Positions 24,995 through 35,889 of a stretch of DNA of 64,000 nucleotides are shown here, in pieces. The stretch's first letter is position 1; each line of letters starts with the position of its first letter. Origin of the DNA: Octopus sinensis (Eukaryota); contig NC_043000.1 in the NCBI RefSeq assembly GCF_006345805.1, positions 101,990,001-102,054,000 on the forward strand, written 5' to 3'. The position numbers were made by a program, and so were the translations under genes. The notes below the pieces were generated by a model, which was not told the origin of the DNA, ran no database searches, and worked only from the letters and a program-made list of their open reading frames with translations.

Positions 24995-26020
24995 ATTCTT
25001 CCTCGGAAGAAGGAGCTGATTTCTAACAAAGATACAAAGCTCCATCTTTCAATGGTAGATAGTGAAAACAATGTCACATTTTAAACCTGGGAAAGGTTTT
25101 GCATAGTTTTACTGTTCTGCTTAAAGGCTGTATTTGTAATGTGCGAATCAGTTGCTTGATTCCTTTTTCTGAAAATCCAAGCTTACAAAACCAAATGTTC
25201 AAATTATTATTGGTATAAATGTAAATTTGTAATCCTTATATAGAACTAGAGCATTCGAAGCGGTCATCCATAGTTACCTTCTTTCTCTTTGATTTTTCAA
25301 AAAGATATTTCCATCAGTAGGACAGCTGACCTCTATGACGTTAAATACTTGTCTGTCCCAAACAACAATATCTAGCCTTTTTGCTTACGCTTAACAGATA
25401 TTTTGATGGTTATGTTCCACCAGTAGTCGTTGTGCTGGTATTTTTGTTATACTGTTTTTGTGACAACGTAGTATCGCATAGGGAAGTAGTTCCTTGATGA
25501 CACTTCTTGGGCAGCTGCTAATCACACGTGTGATATCTTTCACAAAAATATGACAAAATCTACATTTAAGGTTGCATCTTGGAACACTAAGAGTTTTATT
25601 GTCTCTTTTGTTGATTAGGTATTTTGTAGCAATCTCATTGGATTGCAAATGCATAGCTTCGAAGTGTGATGTGATTTAGCGGCCACGAGTCCAGGAGAAG
25701 TTTCGATTCATGTAAATGTTACTATCTTCTGCAAGTCTACGAGAAACATAGCCATGCAGGATTTGGAGGTTTTTTTTTTTTGTATGCTGAGCGTTTCACC
25801 TTTAGGTCTTCTTTGAGGGATACTACTCCGGCTGATTTAGGGTTGTATGGGAGATCATCAGGAGGAGAGTATTTCTTAAGGATCTCTCTTCAAACGGATA
25901 CGGTATTGTTTTCTTCACTCTTTGGCACTAAATTGAAATGTTTATTTTTGCTGTTGTTTAGCAAGTGCTGTCTGAGAGAGACTATGTGACATTCGAAAAC
26001 TGTCTGCACTAATATCAAGC
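24995..26020 (-). mobile_element. 5'-truncated RLE-type (R4/Dong-like) non-LTR retrotransposon, copy B (same family as 14245-15275)
   Basis: LHGYVSRRLAEDS..ITSHFE..IATKYLINKRD..RCNLKCRFCHIFVKDITRVISSCP aligns with copy A. The 3' terminal sequence is shared. Confidence 0.85.
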
Positions 26021-26096
26021 ACCTACCTCCTTTATCTCTTCTTAGGTAGAGCCAATTGATATAACTATTTTTATGGGGATTTCCAATGGATGTTAT

Positions 26097-26590
26097 AAGG
26101 ATTATTTACCTAAATTCAGTGGAATACATCCACTGGTTTTCAAAAATAGAAATATTAAAATTTCTTAGTCCCTCTAAAGGAAACTATGGCAGCGGTACTG
26201 GATATTAATAGTTATCGCCAAGCTAATATGGCAGTCCAAAAATATAGGACGAATGCTGCGGTTGATTAGCTCTAAGAGGCCATCGCCTCTAGCTAGGTAT
26301 GTGACACACGAACCTGTATCCATTATAACCATCGAACAAGGGAGGTCAGCCGCTTCCCCTTGCTGGTCAGGCATCTGGAGACTAGTTTCAGGGTATTTGC
26401 TCCTTATCAATGGAGAGCACACGCCCAGCAGGCGTCGTGACTAACCGTCTGTTCGAAGGATTATTTGCCTAAATTCAGTGGAATACATCCACTGGTTTTC
26501 AATATAGACTGCCATATTAGCTTGACGATAACTATTAATATCCAGTACCTCTGCCGTAGTCTCCTTTAGAGAGACTTAGAAATTTTAATA

Positions 26591-26591
<1 letters not shown>
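26097..26591. mobile_element. Small element with an 85-bp inverted repeat (26152-26236 / 26507-26591) and a 47-bp direct repeat (26097-26143 / 26456-26502)
   Basis: Both repeat pairs are directly readable. The direct repeats differ by one substitution. Confidence 0.8.
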
Positions 26592-26654
<63 letters not shown>

Positions 26655-26656
26655 TA

Positions 26657-26822
26657 CACGACAAACCTCTTTCATTTTCCGTCTACCATATCCATTCACG
26701 AGGCTTTCGTCTACTCAAGGCTATAGTAGAAAACACTTGTCCAAGGTGTCACGCAGTGAGACTGAACTCCAAACCGTGTCGTTCAGAAGCTGGCTTCTGA
26801 CAACACGGAGACGCCTGCGCCT
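26657..26822 (-). mobile_element. SINE family 1, head half
   Basis: TTTCCGTCTACCA.ATCCA.TCAC.AGGCTTT..AGGCTATAGTAGAA.ACACTTG.CCAAGGTG.CACGCAGTG.GACTGAA. Confidence 0.8.
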
Positions 26823-27436
26823 ATGTATGTATATATTTACGCACACACACACGCGTGTATAATTTGGTATTTATACGTATATATATGCGTGTATACAATG
26901 TACTGTGTATATTCATGTGTATGTCTGTGTGTGTGTGCGAGTATTTGCGTGTGCGTGCATGTGTGCGTGTGTGCGCGTCTAAACGTACATATATATTTAA
27001 TGTGTTTCATAATTCCGCTTTGCCATAGCGGTAGCAATAACCAGTTGTTAGAAATCAATATACTTATACTGAACAGTATTAATAAGATCCGGCAGTGAGG
27101 AGGTGTGAACTGTCTGACATCTCTGTTCTGGATTCTTATATGAACCAGCGGGTCAAAAACCTAGTGTAATATTTATTAATAAATGAATAGCAAAAGAATG
27201 AATTCAATTAGCTTACAGCTGTTTCAGCTACAAGGGACCGTTCTCGCATATTTGAGTGCCTGCACAGCATTCTATGCTTTTCTAAGAGTTATATCAATGA
27301 ATTATATATTTAATGCGTATGTAATATGATTATGCATGATGTGTATGCGTGCGTATGTATTATATACAGGCATAATGAACAGATAGATAGATTACAGAGG
27401 GGGAGCGCTAAGCAGTGATAAGTAAAATTGCAATGT

Positions 27437-29763
27437 TATTATCAGCCCGAATATGCTTGAGGCACGCACGTTCGAACATAGGGCTGAACATAGAGGGGAC
27501 AATACAATATAGAGTTTTTTTTTCTTTTCGAAGTGGGCGAAATCAAACAAAAAACAAATAAAAAATAAGAATAGGGACAACGATCAAAAGGGATCGAAAT
27601 CTTTGGGATATACAAAAGTTGAAATAGCACAAGAAGTTCCGAAAAGTAGGGAGGCTTGTCCGTGGAAAGAAAAAACCTACGAAAAGACCACGGTAACCTT
27701 GGGCAATAATGTCACACAATAACACATTTACGAGTAGGTAACTCTTTTTTCCTTTGTTTTTTTTTCTGGTTCATAGGATTATGCTCAATATGGTTCCGTC
27801 ATTCCCACGTGCCATCCTTGCTACATTCACCCATCTTTTGTTGAAGCATTCGCTAGACAAAACTTCCCTCTCTACTATCACCTTCTTTTTCAAATGATAC
27901 TTGAAGAAGTTGATGAAAAATTGACCAGAGAGGAAAGTGTTTGTCTCTAGTCCTTTCATACGCGTCCACCACACACATTATTTCGCCATAGCTACAAGTG
28001 CGATGAAAATGGCTCTTCTTTCCCGTTTGAAGGAAGAAGGCACGATAATAATGACGATAGACTCGGCTGATAAACCGATTCGTCCCACACGTGACAGCAG
28101 TCGTTCGACATAAGCCCACAGGTCGGAAATGGTTGGACACTGCACGAGTGCGTGCAGAATGGTTTCGTCACTCTGACCGCATCTCGAGCAGGTCGGCCTC
28201 GTGTTTCTCGAGCCGTGTCTGTAGAGCTTATCCTGAACGGGTAGCGCTTCTCGATAGCACTGCCAGGCCAGGGATCTCTGGAAGTTGTCCATAGGTCCCG
28301 GTCCGAAAGTCGTCTTGAATAGGCGGGTCAGGTATTTCTCGTCGACGCCCAGGTTCACCCCGAGATCGTCGTCGTATCTCCCCTCCACTAGTCTCCTATA
28401 GAATGCTTTGGTTGTGATGCAGTCGCTCAAGATCGACGTGGACGGCATAGTTGTTCGAGAGCAACGCGACACTCACGATACTATTGGCCCTTCCTCGGCC
28501 TCTTCTTGACCCACAACTGCAGCTCGGTCATGGAAATGAGCTGCGGGAAAGCGCACCACCCAAACGGCGACCACACTTGTCCACCGTCGTCTACATAGAA
28601 CCGGAGATGTCGCAGCCTCTGCACATGTTTGCACATCATCAACCACGGCATGCCCATCCCTCCTTTTAGCGGGTGTTGGCAGCAAACGGATCGCCTGACC
28701 ATCGGAATGCTTCCTTTCCACAAGAAGCGGAAGGGGATGTGTTCCAGTTTGGTGATGGTAGGGTCGTAACAAGGCACGACGGTCGGGCGGTAGTAGATGA
28801 CGGATGCGATGTACGCGTTCGCCACCTCCACCCGACATTTTAAGGATAGCTTCCTCTCGGCCCATTGACGAGAGAGCGTGGCCACCCTACTCGTTATCTT
28901 GTCCCAGTTCTCCGTTTGGAGGTCCGGACCAAACCAGACCCCGAGCAACTTGACCGGATTGTCGGTCCAGCGTCCCACGACAGAGGCGCTGGTGGACGGC
29001 ATGGGTTTTCTTCTTCAGGTGCCGAGCCGCAAGCCTTTTCCCGGTTGATTTTTGCTCCCGTTACCGCTTCGTAGTCTTTCAGTGTTCCGCCGACGAGCTC
29101 GATGTACTCATGGCTAGACACTATGACGATGACGTAATCCTCGCATGCCAACACGCTCGCCTCCCCCCCATTTCTCGCGGGATTCCCCTCAGCGTCACCA
29201 GCTTCCGTAGTAGTGGCTCGAAAGTCAATACGTACAGACGGACCAAAAGTGCAATGTCGAAAGGTCCAAACGGATGCCTCTGTACAAGGCAGCTATCCAG
29301 CCGCGGATAACGGGCTGCTATGAAAACAGCCTCCAAGTATCGATGGTCTGCCCTATCTAAAGCTTTGGATTGATCCAAATTGATCAGAGCCTCACCAATG
29401 CCAGGTTTCTTAACTACCCTGTCTATAATGTAGCGCATCAGATGGAGGTTGTCATGGATGTCCCAGCCCGGCACGGTGCACGTTTGCGCCTAGTCGACCA
29501 GTTTCTCGATGACAAGCACCAACCTCTTGGCTAACACCTTGGCCAAAATTTTCAAATCTGCATTGAGCAGAGTAATGGGCCTACAGTTATCTATTACGTC
29601 CCCCTTTTTTGGATCTTTCTTCAGCAGCGTCACAGCTCATCGGCTCACAAAACCAGGAGTGTTCCCATTTTGCTGCTAGTTGCAGTACACTGCTGCCAAG
29701 ACGTCTCCAAACAAGTCTGGCATCCGATTGCAAAGCTCGTAGAACAGACCATCTAAACCCGCC
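27437..29763 (-). mobile_element. 5'-truncated L1/Tx1-clade LINE (copy 2): RT domain, CCHC knuckle, 3' UTR
   Basis: GLDGLFYEL..RPITLLNADLKILAKVLAKRL..DIHDNLHLMR..INLDQSKALDRADH..; CSRCGQSDETILHALVQC; ORF end at ~27771. Several frameshifts. Confidence 0.92.
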
Positions 29764-30262
29764 TATGAGAATACATACATACAAACAAAAATACCCTGTT
29801 GCCGATGCTGCAATTCCAATGAGGGAGCCTTGGATCTAGGTTAGAAACCGGTTCTTTCTCTATTGGCAAGACATCTTGAAATAAACTGAATAACGACATA
29901 CTTCATACGTGCATAAATACACAGAGAGAAGCTTGCATACGTACACACGCACGCATACACGCACACACAGTACTAGAGAGATAGAGAAGGGGAGACTGAA
30001 AATATAGTTAAGTATTTGAAAAAAAACGTTTCATCTAAGAAGAGTGTGATAATTACATCAATCAATATTTGACTGCATTAATATCTCTGTATTACCGATG
30101 AGCTGCTGAGGGGATATATCAGCAGCATTCATGTTGAAATAGTCATCTATTGGAGTTCCAGTAAATCAAATTATCTTCAATGTATGTATGAGTGTGTGTG
30201 TGTGTTTGTGCGTTTGCGCGCGTGTGTGCTAGTACGCATACATGGAAACGCACATATATAAT

Positions 30263-30333
<71 letters not shown>

Positions 30334-30539
30334 TACATACACTAGCGATAGGACAATAGCACGAAAGTAGCATCCAACACGTAGCTGAGGTTGTATTTAG
30401 TACTAACACGTCGAATTTGTTCTTCGTGATACATAAGTTTCATGGACGTGAAAATATGTCCATACCTTCAGACATATTTTTCCTGGGGTGTATATGTATG
30501 TGTGTGCATGTGTGTGTATGCGCGCGTTTCTGGCTTATG

Positions 30540-30626
30540 AATTCACAGACAACTGTATCTTCCTCTTTCTTTCTCTCTCTCTTCCTCTCTCTCTCTTCGT
30601 CTCTCTCTTTCACTCTCTCTCTCTTC

Positions 30627-30700
<74 letters not shown>

Positions 30701-30820
30701 GCAATATATACATATATATATATATATATACGCATTTAAATGTGTGTATGTATGAGTATATGCATGCATGTGTATGTATATATATTTATATGTATGTGTG
30801 TGTGTAGATAGATATACGTG

Positions 30821-30860
<40 letters not shown>

Positions 30861-30940
30861 TGTATGTGTGTTTACATGTTTGTGTATATATACATATATA
30901 TATGTATATGTATGTGTGTGTACGTATATGTGTGTATATA

Positions 30941-31004
<64 letters not shown>

Positions 31005-31030
31005 GAGAGAGAGAGACAGAGACAGAGAGG
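30540..31030. repeat. (CT)n/(TA)n/(GA)n/(GACA)n compound microsatellite
   Basis: Read directly. Confidence 0.9.
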
Positions 31031-31497
31031 GGTGTAAATATGTGATCTATCATGATCTACCCCACCTCCCCTCCTAAACCAATATATAAAAACATTTCTA
31101 TCAAAGATTTTAATCAAAAGGCATGTATCTTACACCTCATTAGCCCCACTTCCCTAGACTCACAACTAAAACATAGAAAATTACTAAAAGAAAGAATCTG
31201 GAAAAGCATCTGGCCGTTATATTTCTCAACAAAGCTCAACTATGGCTTCATAATACACTCCTTTAACACCCCACAATCTCCTAACCCCACCCTCAATCAA
31301 TTATCCTGTTTTGACCATTCACCATTTTCTTTCAGTTCTTATTCATCAACTCTTTCACTTCAACACTGATTAACAAACCCCAACCACATTCCAAACACAC
31401 CCAAATCCGCTATATAGAATCACAAAGTTCCAAACACTCAGATCTGTTTCACAACGAATGTGAAAAAGATGTCCAGAAGAGTTAACAAGGATAACTC

Positions 31498-31868
31498 ACA
31501 AATAAGGGCAAACGAAAAAATTTCTAATGCCAAATATGCCGAAAATTGGACATATTGTCCAATATCATATAATTTATCACGTTTATCACTGACGAAGGGA
31601 GGGTTCTTACGAACTAACCCTGAAATCGGTCCGATATGGTAATAATGGAATTTTTTAGAAATTTCTGTCGGCTTTCTTTCGAGTAGCGTGCGTATTGTGA
31701 TAAATTATATGATAATGGACAATATGTCCAATTTTCGGCATATTTGGCATTAGAAATTTTTTCGCTTGCCCTTATTTGTAAGTTGTTTATGATTTTAACC
31801 TTTAAAGTTATTTTTTAATATGCTGGCCATTGATAAAATTTTTTTTCGAAAAAATTTTATCCTACATT
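31498..31868. mobile_element. Foldback/MITE-like element, inverted arms 31498-31580 / 31697-31779
   Basis: ACAAATAAGGGC..TGCCAAATATGCCGAAAATTGGACATATTGTCC..ATTTATCAC and its reverse complement. Same family as 43152-43825. Confidence 0.75.
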
Positions 31869-32024
31869 AAATATATATATATATATATACAGGTAAATAG
31901 AAGGTGAAAATGCACTGAGAATAGTTAAAATAATGTTTTTAAATACATTTAACGCTTCAACCGGTTTCACAGTTTACAGTTGTTTTCAGAAAGTTCTAAT
32001 AGACAGACGTGGAATAAAATAACC

Positions 32025-32062
<38 letters not shown>

Positions 32063-32270
32063 ACTTACAAATTGATTATATTTTCAGTCTCCTCTTCTCT
32101 ATCTCTGTTACTATAAGTGCGTGTGTAGGTATGCAAGTGTTTCTCTATGTATGTATGTATGTATGTATGTATGTATGTATGTATCTATCTATCTATAGAC
32201 GCTGACATTCCAGTGCCCTTAATCATAATTATATTATTATTATTATTATTATTATATTATTATTATTATT

Positions 32271-32785
32271 GAGTGAGAGAGCAGTTCATGCCATCAAAGT
32301 GACACTGGGGTAAAATATACGAAGCCCAATAACCCATCATGACTACCCGTCTGATAAGGGCACACCAGGCACATGCATCACAACCATATGTGCGCGGCAT
32401 GGTGATCTCATATCAAGATAAACTGCACATGACCTTGCAGGTGGGGCCCAGTTAGAATTTTCTTCAGGTTGAGTAGCCCATCTGCTCAAACGGTCCCTGA
32501 ATAAGGGTTGTTAAGGATGTTGAAAAACCCACCCATGTCTCCAGAGGTGAATTATTCAAACCCCAAGAATCCCTCTCAACACATGGCTATGATGCTCCCC
32601 ACTACTTCTGCTCGTGATCAGAGATGCACATATCGTCAGCCACTAAGGGACATGCTCAACTGGTTATGGTCAAACAAATGACAAGCAAATCTGTGGTATT
32701 GAGCAGAATATTTGCTGTAGCCATCTTTTATACCAAGACAAAACAATGTACATGATAACACTTCCAATCAGTTAAGATCAGAAGC
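32271..32785 (-). mobile_element. Non-coding retroposon-like element flanked by (ATT)n on both sides, copy 1 (5'-truncated by ~40 nt)
   Basis: Near-identical to 62448-63002 with the same 3' terminus (..GAACTGCTCTCTCACTC then (AAT)n). No ORF and no recognisable tRNA head. Confidence 0.85.
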
Positions 32786-32814
32786 TTATTATTATTATAT
32801 TATTATTATTATTA

Positions 32815-32859
<45 letters not shown>

Positions 32860-33092
32860 CATCATTATTATTATATATACTACATAAAACATTTGTAAAC
32901 AAACCAGAAAGGCTTTGTAAATTACGGAGAGAAAGCTACTACGACTGAAGAGTTATAGAATAATAATAACTGTATAATAATATATCATAAAAATATATAT
33001 TCTCCGATTCTGGCTGAGGTTAGTTCATCCTTTTGCGGCCATTTGTTTGTATTTAAAAACTGTCGCTTGAAATCGGAGAATATATATTATTA

Positions 33093-33120
<28 letters not shown>

Positions 33121-33125
<5 letters not shown>

Positions 33126-33303
33126 AAATTTAGAGGACTGACCACTAAAAAAAGTAGACAGCCTATATGCTAGATAGTGGTCAGTCCTCTAAATTTTGTA
33201 TGTAAAAAGTTTTAATCTTCGGATTTTTTAAAATTATGCTAGGCCACTGGTGTTAATTGATTAATATCAATTTCTACCCTTATTTAATTTTGTATATATA
33301 TAT

Positions 33304-33335
<32 letters not shown>

Positions 33336-33502
33336 CAAAATTTAGAGGACTGACCACTAAAAAAAGTAGACAGCCTATATGCTAGATAGTGGTCAGTCCT
33401 CTAAATTTTGTATGTAAAAAGTTTTAATCTTCGGATTTTTTAAAATTATGCTAGGCCACTGGTGTTAATTGATTAATATCAATTTCTACCCTTATTTAAT
33501 TT

Positions 33503-33506
<4 letters not shown>
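33121..33506. repeat. Two identical 174-bp units (33121-33294, 33333-33506) separated by (TA)n, each with a 27-bp perfect inverted repeat
   Basis: ATACAAAATTTAGAGGACTGACCACTA / TAGTGGTCAGTCCTCTAAATTTTGTAT with a 27-nt loop. Units are offset by 212 bp. Confidence 0.92.
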
Positions 33507-33551
<45 letters not shown>

Positions 33552-35809
33552 ACGATCGTCTCGGAATTCATAAGTCAGAAAAATAGACATGCATATATTT
33601 GTTAATAGAATGAGTATATTAATAGAGTATCCGTGTTTTTAACACACTTGCCATCCCCGAAGAGCACGTGCATTCAATAACAACTCAGTTATCTAATATC
33701 GATGCGAAATCGATAGTAATATCGACTCTAATAGATCTATAATGCTGTCTATTTTGGTTAATATAAATATACCTATATATATGCGTTCGCGCAATCATAT
33801 ACATATATGCATGCATATGTGTTTATACGCATATGCATGTGTGTGTGTGTGTCTGCATCTGAGTGTACGTATATATGTATATGCATATGTATATACGTTC
33901 ATAAATATATGTGTATGGATATATGTGTTTATATACGCATATGATTATGCACATGCATGTACATACACCCTCGAATCGCATGCACACACTTATACACATA
34001 CACACTTAACTTTGTCAGTTACGTACATGTAAATTCACCAGTATCTACCTTGTCCGCATTGTTCAACTTCATAAGGTCTATATAATGGAACTGCTCGACA
34101 TAGGATTCACACCCCACCAAAAATCGCACAGCATTATTTACAATTTGGAAAATATCTATTATAATCCGAGATATGAATGCACAAGGCCTGAAATAAAAGA
34201 CGCGATGAGCATGCCTTATATGCGTTTGATCATAAGTTTACTCGATCAAAGAAGAACTGTGGCTAAATAACATTATTTCAGCTACAATAGAATCACTGTA
34301 CTTTGTTTTAAAAATCAGTCTTTCCTTTAAGAATCAGCCTGTTTCTATAATAGTATCATTTTTCTTAGGCGGTACCCTTTAAATGGCTATCAATGGTTAG
34401 CTATACCTGCCAAATTTCTCTCAGGCTATCCCTTCTTGTATTGTGATTGAATATATAGGATATTGTAATCCGATGCACGTGATGACTATAAAAGAAATAC
34501 GAGATGGTCAAAGACGGAATGTCTTTTCGTCTCCGACTAAGTCATTAAAATTACTACAGAAAGATAATCAGAAAACACAAGTCTGTTATAATTTGATTTG
34601 GATTTACCGTCTAATTAAGTGAAACTGACATACACATAATAGCTTAAGCTTAGACAAATCTAACAACCTACGTCATACTCTGCCTTTGCAAAATTACCTT
34701 CGGTAAGAAATTGGTTATAAGGCAAAGAGTGTGTACATGATGAGTGTGTAAGGTAATTCCAACTCACAACAATTGCCTTCCTGGTTGATACTAATGCCGC
34801 CAGCATAGACTTTTATCTTTAAAACAATCCTCACAGCAGCATGAAGGAACTGTTTTTGAATCAAGCCAATATAGAGAAGTTAGATTGTTCCATGTGATGT
34901 GATGAAATGTAATGTACATACACACTTATGAAATTGCCTTTCATCCATTCAGGATCGGTACAATAAGTACCAGTTGAATACTGGGGTCGATACGCCCCAC
35001 TGAAATTGCTGGCTTTGTGCCAACATTTGAAACCAATATACATACACATATACATACACACACGTGTGCGTATGTCTGTGTGTATGTATTCATGCATGTA
35101 TGTACGAATATATGTATGTATGCTGCAACATTATATAATAAACATCAAATAACGTGAAACAACCAAGGAAAAGATTTCAGAGAAACAGATATAAGTATGA
35201 ATACCTATTTAGTATTACTGAGGCGTGACCTGTTTCTGCACGCCGATCTTGCGACTTCCATCATCAGCCAGTTTCAGCAAAAGCGCCAATGAAAATAGTC
35301 GGATTTCATCTTTCAGACACACCCTAACTTCAAACTCGCCATAGTTTTGATAAAACATTCTGTTCTTGATAAATATGTATTTCTAATATCCAACGTATTT
35401 AGATACTGTCAAATTTAACGGTAACGTCCTGAGAGAGTTTTGGGTAAAAATGAAAAACAATTCCCGACTACTGAAAGACGGTGATGAGAATATCAAGGAA
35501 TAAACTAGAAAACCGTTTCATAACATATAGGATATTAATTTTTACAATACTAAGTATATCTATAATTTCGTGCATATGTCTGAGTGTGTTGCAAGAATTC
35601 GCGAGTGATAGAGTAGGTCCTATACATACTCCTCCTACAATCGTTATGTAACTAGAAAGAAATGCGAGGAGATTGTGGAAAGTAGGAAGAAAACCGATAG
35701 AAGTTCAGCCAGTAATTGCAGCTTGTATTTATCCCATTTGACACCGGTGAACCATTAAATTGGATAAAACTTGATCATGCATCTTTCTCTCGTCAGTATG
35801 TATTACCAT

Positions 35810-35889
<80 letters not shown>

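Noticed and set aside
27190-27290. Degenerate hammerhead-like motifs on minus strand (AGCATA..TATGC-GAGAAC; GAAACAGCTGTA)
   Set aside because: No CUGANGA core remains. At most a dead pseudo-LTR relic.
31080-31440. A/C-rich 105-aa ORF and a similar A/C-rich minus-strand stretch at 42360-42780
   Set aside because: Composition suggests old LINE debris, but no motif could be identified with confidence.
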